NCBI GenBank assembly: GCA_021812305.1
Contig: JAKAOB010000002.1
Location: 1-46,949, forward strand
DNA length: 46,949 bases
Source: Thermoplasmata archaeon
GTDB taxonomy: Archaea; Thermoplasmatota; Thermoplasmata; Lutacidiplasmatales; UBA184
Direction of reading: 5' to 3'
The first letter of the stretch is position 1. The number at the start of each line of letters is the position of its first letter. The notes under the pieces are model-generated. The model was not told the origin of the DNA, searched no databases, and worked only from the letters and a program-made list of their open reading frames with translations. Made by a program: the position numbers and the translations under genes. This document shows positions 9,618 through 19,075 of this stretch, piece by piece.

Positions 9618-11099
9618 ATGGCGTTCCGGTCCCTGGGGGAGTTCCTGAACGAGCTCGAGTCGCGCGGCGACCTTTTGCGCGTCCGCTCGCCCGTCTCCCG
9701 GGACCTCGAGATCACCGAGGTGACCCAGCGGGCGGTGCGGAAGGACGGGCCGGCCCTCCTGTTCGAGAACGTTCCCGGGGCCACGATGCCCATCGCCATG
9801 AACGTCCTCGGCTCCCCCCGACGCATCGCCCTCGCCCTCGGGGCCGAATCGTTGGACGCCCCCGCCGAGCGCATCTCCCGCCTGGTCCATCTCCGGCCCC
9901 CGAGCGGGGTCCTGGGGGCGATCCGGGACCTCTCCGGTACGATCGAGGCGCTCGACACCTTGAGGAGCCTTGGACCCAAGCGGGTCCGTTCCGGCCCCTG
10001 CCAGGAGGTCGAGCTCGACCGCGTCGACCTCGACCGCCTCCCGATCCTGAGGTGCTGGCCGAACGACGGAGGGCGAACCATCACGCTCCCGGTCGTGATC
10101 ACGAAGGATCCCGAGACCGGCGAGCCGCACACCGGGATCTATCGGCTCCAGCAGTACGGTCCCGACACGCTCGGTATGCACTTCCAGGTGCACCGGATCG
10201 GGGCCCAGAACCACCGCAAGTGGGCCGCACGGGGCGAGCGGATGCCGGTCGCCGCCGTGATCGGGGCGGACCCCGCGACGGTCTTCGCGGGGCTTGCCCC
10301 GGTGCCCGAGGGGATCTCGAACTTCGTCTTCGCGAGCTTCCTTCGGAACGAGCCGCTCGAGCTCGTCCGCGCGCGGACCGTTGACCTCGAAGTACCGGCG
10401 CAGGCCGAGATCATCCTCGAGGGGTACGTCGACCCGTCCGAGCGCAAGATCGAAGGTCCGTTCGGCGACCACACCGGTTACTACTCCGCTCCCGAGCCGT
10501 TCCCGGTCTTCCACGTCACCCACGTGACGCACCGCGAGCGGGCGGTCTACCTCGGCACCGTGACCGGAAAGCCCCCCACCGAGGACGCCGTGCTCGGTAA
10601 GGCCGTCGAACGGGTCTTCCTGCCCGTCATCCGCCTCGTCCTCCCCGAGATCGTCGACATGAACCTCCCGATGGAGGGGCTGTTCATCAACCTCGGGATC
10701 GTCGCGATCCGCAAGCGCTACCCCGGGCACGCCCGCAAGGTGATGCACGCCCTCTGGGGGCTCGGGCAGATGATGTTCACTCGCTACCTCATCGTCGTCG
10801 ACGCGGAGGTCGACGTCCACAACCTGCGCGAGGTCCTCTACCGGGTGGCCCTCCAGGCCGACCCCGAACGGGACCTCGAGCTCGTCCATGGTCCGGTCGA
10901 CCAGCTGTCGATCTCGAATCCCGTGCCGAACTTCGGCGCCAAGATGGGGCTGGATGCGACCCGCAAGGGGCCCGACGACGGCTTTCCCCGGCCGTGGCCC
11001 GAGGAGATCGCCATGGACGCGGCGGTGACCCGACGGATCGACGAGCTCATCGCGCGCGACCCGGGCCTCGGGAGACTGGGCAGCCGCCCGGCGCCGTGA
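9618..11099 (+). CDS. ubiD: UbiD-family decarboxylase (menaquinone/futalosine pathway MqnL-like)
   Basis: LEITE, GPALLF, WPNDGGR, GIYRLQ, EGPFGDHTGYY, GKPPTED, KMGLDAT. Confidence 0.93.
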   Translation: MAFRSLGEFLNELESRGDLLRVRSPVSRDLEITEVTQRAVRKDGPALLFENVPGATMPIAMNVLGSPRRIALALGAESLDAPAERISRLVHLRPPSGVLGAIRDLSGTIEALDTLRSLGPKRVRSGPCQEVELDRVDLDRLPILRCWPNDGGRTITLPVVITKDPETGEPHTGIYRLQQYGPDTLGMHFQVHRIGAQNHRKWAARGERMPVAAVIGADPATVFAGLAPVPEGISNFVFASFLRNEPLELVRARTVDLEVPAQAEIILEGYVDPSERKIEGPFGDHTGYYSAPEPFPVFHVTHVTHRERAVYLGTVTGKPPTEDAVLGKAVERVFLPVIRLVLPEIVDMNLPMEGLFINLGIVAIRKRYPGHARKVMHALWGLGQMMFTRYLIVVDAEVDVHNLREVLYRVALQADPERDLELVHGPVDQLSISNPVPNFGAKMGLDATRKGPDDGFPRPWPEEIAMDAAVTRRIDELIARDPGLGRLGSRPAP

Positions 11100-11962
11100 A
11101 CGCCGCACCGGCCGGTCCGACCGCGGAGCTCGGACGGTTCCTCGAGATCCAGAACCTCGGCCTGAACCTCCCGTTCGCGCTCGCGTTCCTCCTCCTTGCG
11201 GCCCGGGGCGTTCCGTCGCTAGTGACGACCGGACTCCTCGTCCTCGCGTTCGTCGCCGCGCGCAACGCCGGCCACAGCTTCAACCGCTTCGCGGACCGGG
11301 AGCAGGATGCCCGGAACCCCCGTACGCGCGGCCGGGCCTTGGTCACCGGCCGGCTCAGCCCGGCCTTCGCCCTGGTCTTCACCGCCGTCAGCGCCGCGGT
11401 CATGGTCCTCGCCGCCGCGCTCCTCAACCCCCTGGCCCTCGCGCTCGCCCCGGTCGCGCTCGTCCTGATTCTCGGCTACAGCTACACGAAGCGGTTCACC
11501 TGGCTCACCACGGTCTTCCTCGGCCTGGTCGAGTCCATCACCCCGGCCGCGGCGTACGTCGGGGTCACCGGGACGCTTGCGCCCACGGTCCTCTTGGCCG
11601 TCGGGGCGATCCTTCTGTGGGGGACCGCGTTCGAGACGATCCACAGCCTGGGCGACCTCCCCGCCGATCTCGCGCTGGGCCTCCGGTCGCTGCCGGCGCG
11701 CTTCGGGGTCCGGCGCTCCGTCGCGCTGGTGCCGGTCCTGCACGCCGGTGCGCTCGCGCTGTTGGCGGCGTTCGGCGCGGCGGAACGTCTCGGGCTCGCC
11801 TACTTCGTCGCCCTGGCCGCCATGGGGGCGCTCGCCGCCCGGACGGACCGCGTGCTCGCCCTGCGCCCCGAGGAGGCGGCCAGGCCGTTCCGCGCCCACT
11901 TCGCGCTCGGGGCGCTCTTCTTGGCCGGCATCCTTATCGCGCTGTTCGTGCCGTTCCCCTGA
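11096..11962 (+). CDS. ubiA: UbiA-family prenyltransferase (MqnP-like)
   Basis: NRFADREQDARNPRT, YSYTKRFT, multiple TM helices; GTGA overlap with ubiD. Confidence 0.88.
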   Translation: MNAAPAGPTAELGRFLEIQNLGLNLPFALAFLLLAARGVPSLVTTGLLVLAFVAARNAGHSFNRFADREQDARNPRTRGRALVTGRLSPAFALVFTAVSAAVMVLAAALLNPLALALAPVALVLILGYSYTKRFTWLTTVFLGLVESITPAAAYVGVTGTLAPTVLLAVGAILLWGTAFETIHSLGDLPADLALGLRSLPARFGVRRSVALVPVLHAGALALLAAFGAAERLGLAYFVALAAMGALAARTDRVLALRPEEAARPFRAHFALGALFLAGILIALFVPFP

Positions 11963-12057
11963 GGGGTTCGGCCAACCACTCCCATACTATTGAGAACACT
12001 ACGGGATTCGTAGGACAACTAAATAAGGCGGAAGGGACTGGCCCGTTCGAGGCGAAG

Positions 12058-12414
12058 ATGCCGCAGGTGATGATTGGCCTCTCGGCCAGAGATTACCGAA
12101 CGACGAACGAAGTATGGCGAATGGCGAAGCGACACCTCAATCCGCTCGTCCGGAGGCGCATTGGTTGGCGCGGCCGCTCGAGCTTCCTCCGGCAGCTGAT
12201 CCTGTACGGGTTCGAGAAGGCGAGCGAGAACCCCGGGGAGTTCCTCCGCTCCGTCCGGGACACGCACGACCCGCTCGTGGGCAAGCGGGGCCGCTCCGAA
12301 GCGGGTGCGGATCGCCGCGAAACCCTCGTCACCACGTGGGAGTCGTTCTTCCCCGGGACCCCGCCGGCGGGCCGCCGCGGGAAGAAGGCCGCCAAGTCCG
12401 AGACCCCCTCGTAA
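12058..12414 (+). CDS. Small hypothetical protein, possibly ribbon-helix-helix-like
   Basis: ATG 12058 with TAAATAA about 30 nt upstream; MPQVMIGL strand then GRSSFLRQLILYG helix; coding-like codon usage. Confidence 0.65.
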   Translation: MPQVMIGLSARDYRTTNEVWRMAKRHLNPLVRRRIGWRGRSSFLRQLILYGFEKASENPGEFLRSVRDTHDPLVGKRGRSEAGADRRETLVTTWESFFPGTPPAGRRGKKAAKSETPS

Positions 12415-12465
12415 ACCCCGAAAGCGCCTTCCCCCCCCGGCGCTGCGCCCGGCGGGGGAAGGCGC

Positions 12466-14313
12466 ACGAACCGCTCCGTCGAGCGCTTAGAGGGGCTGCT
12501 CCTCGCAGGACGGGCCCGGGCCGGCGCGCTCAGCTTTCCGGTCCCGGCGCTGGGCAGCCTGCGCCCTCCCCGGAGCCCCGACGGGCGCTCGATCGATTTT
12601 GAGATCGCGTCCGACCCCACCGCGCCGGCGGGGCGCCGACGCCTGTCGCTGGCGACCGGCGACGCGCACCTCGACCTGGAGTATCCGATCCTGGCCCCGG
12701 AGATCTCGGGAGTTCCGGGCGCGGCCATCGAGGCGGCCCCCGGCGCCTGGCTGGTCCACGCCCCGCTCAGCGCCGAGGACCGCGACCGGCTGGCCAAGGC
12801 CCGACCGGAGCTCATCGTCCTCGCGAACGCGCGGAGTCTCTTCGCGGAGGGGGAGCCGTTCGTCGAAGCCCTCCGGGAGATCCGCGACAGCGCCGGCGCA
12901 CGCCCCGTGCTGTGGACCCCCCGGGTCGCGCTCCCCCACCGCCTCGCGCTCCTGAGCTACCTGGGCATCGACCTCGTCGACACGACCGAAGCGCTGTGGC
13001 GAGGCCAGCAGGGCGAGATCGTCGATGCCACGCTCGGTGTCGCGTCCGGACCGGACGCCCCGCGGAGCTGCCGCTGCCCGGCCTGCCGGGAGATGCCCGA
13101 GACCCCGGGGAGCGAGCACGCGCTGCACGCCATGCTCGACGAGATGGACCGGATCCGAGCGGTCGTTTCGGCCGGACGGCTGCGCGAGCTGGTCGAGGCC
13201 CGGCTCACCGCCGAGCCGTTGCTCGCCGAGATCCTCCGATATGCCGACCGCGACCTCCGAGGACTCCTCGACGAGCGGGTGCCCGTGGTGTCCTCGGTCC
13301 AGCGGGGGTACGTCCTGCGGGAATCGCAGCGGCGCCCGGAAGTGCTCCGCTTCCGCGCCCGGCTCCTGGAGCGCTACCGCCCTCCCGCTTCCAAGCGCTG
13401 CCTCCTCCTGGTCCCCTGCTCGAAGACCAAGCCGTACCGTTCCTCGCGCTCCCACCGGCGGTTCCAGCGGGCGCTCGAGGGGGTCCCCAACCTCGAACGG
13501 GTCCACACGGTGTCGGTTACCTCGCCCCTCGGTGTCGTGCCCCGTGAGCTCGAGGACACCTATCCGGCGCGTCACTACGACATCCCCGTGACGGGCGAGT
13601 GGGACGAGGCCGAGCGCGAGGCGGTCCGCGCGGCCGTGGGCCACCTGCTCTCCAAGGGCCGTTACGACCATACTGTCGTCCACCTCGACCCGATCGAGTA
13701 CGGCTTCCTCGCCGACCTGTTCGAGTCCGCCCCGAGGGTCACCTGGACCGCGACGGATCACCGGACCACGAGCGGTCCCGCGCTCGCCGCCCTTCGGTCC
13801 GCGGTCGAGCAGGCCGTGGGCGGTTCTCCGCCCACCCCCGGCGGCCCGCTCACGGTGGTCCGCGAGGAGCTCGCGCAGGTCGCCGCGTACCAGTTCGGGG
13901 CCGCGGCCGCCGAGCTCCTCTTCGCTGCCCCGGTCCGTCTCGCCGGCCGGCCGTGGTTCCAGCGGTTGACCGACGGAAACGGCACCGACCTCGCGACCTG
14001 GCGCGAGCCCCGCGGGCTCTTCCAGCTCACCGTGGCCGGTGGGCGCCGCCTGGCGCCCGCCCACCCCCTCGAGGTCCACCTCGACCCGAACGTCCGGCTG
14101 GCCGGCGACCTCTTCGCCCCCGGCGTCACCTCCGCCGACCCGGCGATCCGGGCCGGGGACGCGGTCCTCCTCGTCCAGAACGGCGAGCTGTTCGGGGTCG
14201 GCGAGGCGGCCCTGCCGGGGCGGCTGATGACGGAGCTCGGACGAGGGATCGCCGTGCACGTGCGCCATCGCGCACGGCCGGAAGCCCCCCCGACCCCACC
14301 GACACCCACATGA
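12466..14313 (+). CDS. arcS: Archaeosine synthase ArcS (TgtA2) with C-terminal PUA domain; apparent ACG start
   Basis: LGIDLVD, GRLRELVE, PCSKTKPYRSSRSH, TSPLGVVPRELE..YPARHYDIPVTGEW, PUA (LFAPGVTSADPAIRAGD). The frame is open from 12415 but has no ATG/GTG/TTG before 12907. Confidence 0.9.
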   Translation, partial: TNRSVERLEGLLLAGRARAGALSFPVPALGSLRPPRSPDGRSIDFEIASDPTAPAGRRRLSLATGDAHLDLEYPILAPEISGVPGAAIEAAPGAWLVHAPLSAEDRDRLAKARPELIVLANARSLFAEGEPFVEALREIRDSAGARPVLWTPRVALPHRLALLSYLGIDLVDTTEALWRGQQGEIVDATLGVASGPDAPRSCRCPACREMPETPGSEHALHAMLDEMDRIRAVVSAGRLRELVEARLTAEPLLAEILRYADRDLRGLLDERVPVVSSVQRGYVLRESQRRPEVLRFRARLLERYRPPASKRCLLLVPCSKTKPYRSSRSHRRFQRALEGVPNLERVHTVSVTSPLGVVPRELEDTYPARHYDIPVTGEWDEAEREAVRAAVGHLLSKGRYDHTVVHLDPIEYGFLADLFESAPRVTWTATDHRTTSGPALAALRSAVEQAVGGSPPTPGGPLTVVREELAQVAAYQFGAAAAELLFAAPVRLAGRPWFQRLTDGNGTDLATWREPRGLFQLTVAGGRRLAPAHPLEVHLDPNVRLAGDLFAPGVTSADPAIRAGDAVLLVQNGELFGVGEAALPGRLMTELGRGIAVHVRHRARPEAPPTPPTPT

Positions 14314-14336
14314 CGCTGCCGCGCACTGGGAGAACG

Positions 14337-14409
14337 GGGCCGGTCGTCTAGCGGTGAGGACGCCGCGCTTACAACGCGGAGATCGGCGGTTCGAATCCGT
14401 CCCGGCCCA
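14337..14409 (+). tRNA. tRNA-Val(TAC), no intron, CCA not encoded
   Basis: Acceptor stem GGGCCGG/CCGGCCC, D-arm, anticodon arm CCGCG-CTTACAA-CGCGG, T-arm GGCGG-TTCGAAT-CCGTC. Confidence 0.97.
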
Positions 14410-14522
14410 CTCGATCCTTGCGCTATACTACGGAGGCCCGTAAGTAGGTCCACTTCGGCTCGCCTCTCGGCCCTCTAAATATCCCCTCAGATGGCGCGGG
14501 CCAGTGGATCGCGCGGAGGCCC

Positions 14523-14975
14523 TCAAGGACGGCGTTGCGCCTTCTGTTGGGCGACGGCGAGGCGCAAAATATCGGCCGTCGCTGAATCGATGAAGTACAC
14601 CCCGGTTCTCGGTTTGGTGACAGAGAGGACGGCCCCGGCTCGTCCATAGCTACGAGAGACCGAAGCAGCGTCCAGCGAACACTCCTCAACGTGGCCCCAG
14701 AGTCCGAGCTTCATGGAGGTCAAGGACAACAATATCGAACGGGGCACCGCCAGCTTACTGAGGAGCAGGGTCGCGGCGAAAACGGCGATCAAGAGGGCGG
14801 CGGTGTACTCAAACAGGAACGTGCTTGAGGGCCGGTAGTACGGCGGCTCCGCAAGAAAGAGATAGATGGTCAACGGCAAGGTCACGGCCGTCACCGATCC
14901 CACTATCACGGGGAGAAATGTCCGCAACGGGTTAGGCGTAAGCTCCCGAGTCAGTGGCAGGGCCCCCGTCGCCAT
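14523..14975 (-). CDS. Hypothetical two-TM membrane protein (island cargo)
   Basis: Two hydrophobic helices followed by a beta-rich domain; atypical codon usage. Confidence 0.6.
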   Translation of the reverse strand: MATGALPLTRELTPNPLRTFLPVIVGSVTAVTLPLTIYLFLAEPPYYRPSSTFLFEYTAALLIAVFAATLLLSKLAVPRSILLSLTSMKLGLWGHVEECSLDAASVSRSYGRAGAVLSVTKPRTGVYFIDSATADILRLAVAQQKAQRRP

Positions 14976-15019
14976 GCGATTGCCCCTCTGTTGCGGAGTT
15001 GAGTAGACTCTCCCGAGTT

Positions 15020-15845
15020 CTAACCTCTTGACCCTGGCCTTGAAGCTCCTCCAATCAGCGCCCACTTCAGCCTTCGAAGAGCATCCCCGCGAAGCGCCCC
15101 CGTCCTACGAACGGTCCACTTCCAGCCCCCCACCCGATTCCACGGAAGCCCCAGCCGACGTGCCTCGGCGCGGCCCATCACGAGGAGGCGGCGCTTCCAG
15201 TCGATGAAGACCGAGGGGTCGGCGGAACCGGCCTTACCGAGCTTCAGGCGGGCGGTGAGCTGGGTGCCTTCTTTGCCGAGTCCGACGAGAGAAGGCTTCC
15301 GAACAAGGACATTGCGGCGGACGATATGGCCGTCCGTCCCGACCTCGTACTTCCGATCTCGGTGCTCCGCGTAAGCTTTGATGACGTGAGCCCACGTCTT
15401 CGCCCCGTCCTCCTCCGCGAGCGCGAGCCAAGCAGGCTCCTTCGCCGAGACGAACGGTCGCCGCTCAAACGTCTCAGCTCGTTCGAGGAGCGCGGCAGGG
15501 TCGAGGTAGCGTATCGTCAGGAAGCCGAACGGACGAATCCCATCGATCTTGCGTACGTGCGGGAGCAGTGCCGGTGTCTTCAACGCAAACTGCGCCGTCG
15601 CGGGAAGGTGGACGAAGTCTCCGAAGCCCTGTTCGCCGTCGCCCGAGGTTCGAGTCGGCCGTTCCCAAACCCTCTTCGTGAACGTCTCTCGGTCTTCTGG
15701 GACCTGAAACATCCTGAGACCGTGGTCAGACGCTCCCGTCTTGAAGACGACAGGCGCCCAGAGCGGTCGTGGGCGAACAGGCAGTAGCGTTTCGAGGTGA
15801 GCCCGAAGAATCGAGGATGCGAATCACGCGTAAGATTCCTCCTGG
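15020..15845 (-). pseudogene. 5'-truncated, frameshifted C-terminal fragment of a mobile-element B-family DNA polymerase
   Basis: FFGLTSKRYCLF (PolB KxRY motif) in one frame; frameshift at about 15753 to VVFKTGASDHGL...IRPFGF...KTWAHVIKAYAEHRDRK...RRNV...GLGKEG. Confidence 0.7.
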
Positions 15846-16011
15846 CATCCGCGGCATCCGAGCGGAGGCCACATAGCGGTGTTACCCCCCACTCGGTCCG
15901 ACGTATGGCCCCCGAACCGGCGTGGCCCGCCCGCTCCTATCTGACGAGGATGACCTCCCCACCTCGGAACTCCCCGGAGGGGGGCGTCGATCCCGTGCGC
16001 TCCGGGAGCCC

Positions 16012-16596
16012 CTAGCGTACGGTCTCGTAATGCAAGAACAGCTCGCCCGCCTCGAAGCGCCGGACCTCGACCAGGCGCAGGGTCTGCTGAGCTTCCATCT
16101 CGCCGAAGAACGCGTGTCCCTTGCCCAGGATCACCGGCGCGATCGCGAACAGGTACTCGTCGATGAGTCCCCGGCGCATGAGCTCCCGCCCCAGCGCCGG
16201 TGCGACCACGACCATGGCCTTGCCCGGCTCTCCTCGTAGCCGGGCCACCGCCGCCGCGACGTCGCCCTCAAGCGACCGCGAGCGGGCCCACGGGGTCGGT
16301 ACCGGCGAATCCGAGAGGACGACCTTCTGGGCCCTGTCGGCGAACTCGGACATCTGCCGAAACCACGGGTGTTCTCCCGTCGTGCGCTTGGACTGGGGCC
16401 AGAACTCCGCCCACTGATCGTAGGTTTCCCGGTCGAAGAGCAGCGTGTCAAAATCGCCCCAGCGCTCGACCCACATGGCCTCGGCCACCCGCTCGGGCTC
16501 CGAGGCCGGCGGTTCCGACCCGGGGTAGCTCGGAAACTCGTTGAATCCATCGAGGGTGAGGTACATGCTCAGCAGGATCTTCCGACGCGCGGGCAT
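16012..16596 (-). CDS. Dihydrofolate reductase / RibD C-terminal family protein
   Basis: RKILLSMYLTLDGF, KVVLS, GLIDEYLFAIAPVILGKG. Confidence 0.85.
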   Translation of the reverse strand: MPARRKILLSMYLTLDGFNEFPSYPGSEPPASEPERVAEAMWVERWGDFDTLLFDRETYDQWAEFWPQSKRTTGEHPWFRQMSEFADRAQKVVLSDSPVPTPWARSRSLEGDVAAAVARLRGEPGKAMVVVAPALGRELMRRGLIDEYLFAIAPVILGKGHAFFGEMEAQQTLRLVEVRRFEAGELFLHYETVR

Positions 16597-16604
16597 CGTC
16601 CGGT

Positions 16605-17054
16605 TCACCCGTCCTTCTTCGACCGAAGGTCGTGGCCGCTCTCGAGGACGGACTTCAGGTTCATCGCGAAGTAGGTCCAGCCCCACTCCGCGCCCCCGTA
16701 CAGCTCGACCCACTTCTCCTGGCGGGGGAATCCGGTGTGGGCGACGCGGAGCAACGTGCCGCCCTCCTGGGGCTCGACCTCGAGCGAAAAGACCGTCCCG
16801 TGGACGGGGACCCCGGGCCAGGTCCAGGCGAGGGCGATCCGGGTCCCGGGTACGAAGTCGACGATCGCCCCGGCATGGGTGGGCCCGTCCGTCCACCCGA
16901 GCCGGTAGGACCCTCCTTTCCGGGGAGATATCTCCGCGGAGTCGCAGAGCCAGCGGGTGAGCCCGGCCGCCTCGGTGAGCGCCCGGAAGACCGCGGTCGG
17001 AGCTGCCCGGATGAAGTACTGGTGTTCCACGGCACGGCCGGACCTCTCCGTCAC
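16605..17054 (-). CDS. SRPBCC/AHSA1 domain protein
   Basis: VFRALT...LTRWL, GTLLRVAHTGF, GWTYFAMNLKSVLE. Confidence 0.85.
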   Translation of the reverse strand: MTERSGRAVEHQYFIRAAPTAVFRALTEAAGLTRWLCDSAEISPRKGGSYRLGWTDGPTHAGAIVDFVPGTRIALAWTWPGVPVHGTVFSLEVEPQEGGTLLRVAHTGFPRQEKWVELYGGAEWGWTYFAMNLKSVLESGHDLRSKKDG

Positions 17055-17123
17055 GTTCCGACTCCGATGGGTCTATCGCCCCCTTGGGATTTAGCCACGT
17101 AAGGGAAACGAAGTAGGGCAGCG

Positions 17124-17609
17124 ATGGCAGCGCGACGATCCCTCTACCCTGCCGGCGAGATGAAGGTCGAGTTCCTTTCCTGCCCGGTCCAGGCCAGCCT
17201 CAAGGTGCTCGGTCGGGAGTGGGCCTTCCTCGTCATCACCTCCATTGCCCTCTTCCGGGCCAACCGCTACAACGACATGCTGCGCGCCATGCCCGGACTG
17301 TCGAAGCGGTTGCTCTCCCTGCGTCTGAAGGAGCTCGAGACCGCCGGCTTCATTGTTCGCGCGGAACGCCGAAGGGGATTCGTTCGTTGGGGGCTCACCG
17401 TGAAGGGCGCCGACGTGGTGCCGATTCTCCTCACGATGGTCCGGTTCGGTGCCAAGTGGTACGCCGACGAGCTCTTCGACGATCGATCTCCGCGCGCCCT
17501 GGGGGAGATCTTCGATGAGGGGTTCATTCGCAGGGCCTTCGGGATTCGACCGCGGCGAGGGCCCCGCGCGCGGGCGGGGCCGGCGAGATCCGGTGTACCC
17601 GTCGCGTAG
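17124..17609 (+). CDS. HxlR-family winged-helix regulator
   Basis: CPVQASLKVLGREW...LSLRLKELETAG...LTVKG; divergent from the SRPBCC-DHFR pair. Confidence 0.9.
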   Translation: MAARRSLYPAGEMKVEFLSCPVQASLKVLGREWAFLVITSIALFRANRYNDMLRAMPGLSKRLLSLRLKELETAGFIVRAERRRGFVRWGLTVKGADVVPILLTMVRFGAKWYADELFDDRSPRALGEIFDEGFIRRAFGIRPRRGPRARAGPARSGVPVA

Positions 17610-17785
17610 CGTCCTCGATGCGCCGGGACGCACCGCGGGCCGGTACCGGAGCGCCCCTGCCGGCCGGTCACGCCACCTCGCCCGGCGGTTCGGATCATCC
17701 AGGCACGGTCCCTTGGCAGCGGGCCCCGAGCCACTCCCGACGGCGGCTCGGTGCGACACCGGGTGGACCGACGCCCGACCCGGCC

Positions 17786-19075
17786 CTATCCACCGGTCCC
17801 GGGGGCTCGGGCCGGTACCGACCATACCCGTGACGGCGCCGGTCCATCCGCCGAGATCGGCCATGGCGGTAGCGAGGGGTGACGGAAGACCGACCCCGGT
17901 TCGAGCCACGCCGCCAGCGCACGGCCGCCCGGCTGGGCGACGGGAAGGACCAGGCACTCGCGGAGCTGCGCCCCGCTTCCCGAGCCGGTCCAGTCGGTCC
18001 CGGGGATCATCTGGAACCGTTGGCGGGTGAGCCAGCCGATGAGCTCGAGGTCGCTTTGGCGGACGGCATACGCCTCGGGGAGGGCCACGGACCGCAGCGT
18101 CTCCACCCGGTCGTAGAGGTCCCGAATCGGCACCTGACGACGTTCGCCCGAGACCCGGTCCCGGACGGTGGCCCAGCTCGACCGGTGCGAACGAGCCCAG
18201 CGGCCCGCGATCGGCACCCGCTCTCCCGGCCGTGGCGAACCCATATCGGGGGCGTCGAGGCTCCCGCGGTGACGGGCCGCCCACCGGAGGACCGCGAGCA
18301 GCGCCCGGCGCTGCGCGGCCCGCAGCCGGGCCCGTTCCGAAAGGGCGTCCTCGGACCGGGGGGCCCGACCTTCGAGGAGCACGGTGAAGGTGTCGTAGCG
18401 CAACGCGATGGAGTTCCTGAGGTCGGGGCTGGTGAAGGAGCTCGCACGCAGGCGGCCCGACGGCTGAAACAGTCGGTACTCACCGGCCGCGTATCCTTCC
18501 CGGGCGAGCTCGCCGGAGATCTCCGGCAGGAATCCCTCCACCTCGTCGGGCGTGAGGCGGGTCCGCACCCCGGGATGGGTGGCCGTCGCGACCAGCACAT
18601 CGTCGTCCAGGACCCACCCCCGCCGTAGGGCGGCCCGCCGCCGGGACGGATAGTTGTGGAGGTCGATCACCACGTCGGGGCGCACCGTGCGCACGATGCG
18701 GTGGATCGCCCGGGTCTCCTCGGAGTCCAAGGCGATGTGGTCGCGGTTGAGGTCGACCCCGTCCCCGTTCGTCCGCGAGCCGTTCGTGAGGCCGTCCGGG
18801 TTCGCCACCGCGATCCAGCCGAACCCGATCCCGAGGCCATCGATCTCGGGCCGGTCCCGGCCCACCGCCTCGCGCAGCGACTCGATCGCCGCCGCCTCGT
18901 CCCCGTGCTGCCCGGCGACGGCGAGCACATAGGGCCGGCGCGGGTGGGGGGCCAGGGTCTCGAACCGGATCGGGGTTCCGCGGGCCGTCCGTCCGATGAC
19001 GGGCGCGCGCTCCGACCCCTGTCCGACCGGGCATCCGGGGGGAGATCTCTCGTCCGCGAGCGTTCCGGCGGTCAT
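17786..19075 (-). CDS. M14-family zinc carboxypeptidase, no evident signal peptide
   Basis: GQHGDE (HxxE), NPDG, RTNGDGVDLNRDH, IDLHN; ATGA overlap with the ABC gene. Confidence 0.88.
   Translation of the reverse strand: MTAGTLADERSPPGCPVGQGSERAPVIGRTARGTPIRFETLAPHPRRPYVLAVAGQHGDEAAAIESLREAVGRDRPEIDGLGIGFGWIAVANPDGLTNGSRTNGDGVDLNRDHIALDSEETRAIHRIVRTVRPDVVIDLHNYPSRRRAALRRGWVLDDDVLVATATHPGVRTRLTPDEVEGFLPEISGELAREGYAAGEYRLFQPSGRLRASSFTSPDLRNSIALRYDTFTVLLEGRAPRSEDALSERARLRAAQRRALLAVLRWAARHRGSLDAPDMGSPRPGERVPIAGRWARSHRSSWATVRDRVSGERRQVPIRDLYDRVETLRSVALPEAYAVRQSDLELIGWLTRQRFQMIPGTDWTGSGSGAQLRECLVLPVAQPGGRALAAWLEPGSVFRHPSLPPWPISADGPAPSRVWSVPARAPGTGG

Larger units (their letters stand above)
14410..15900. 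mobile_element. Decayed integrated-element remnant next to tRNA-Val
   Basis: Visibly lower GC and different codon usage starting right after the tRNA 3' end; contains a PolB pseudogene; right boundary approximate. Confidence 0.65.

Noticed and set aside
12412..12414. Stop-codon readthrough fusing the small ORF to arcS
   Set aside because: The stop is TAA, so not Sec or Pyl, and the linker is a hairpin with no coding signature. An ACG start is the simpler explanation, although readthrough is not formally excluded.
18854..18865. 12-bp match (GTCCCGGCCCAC) to the tRNA-Val 3' end as a possible attR
   Set aside because: Short, very GC-rich and inside an intact M14 peptidase gene, so probably chance.
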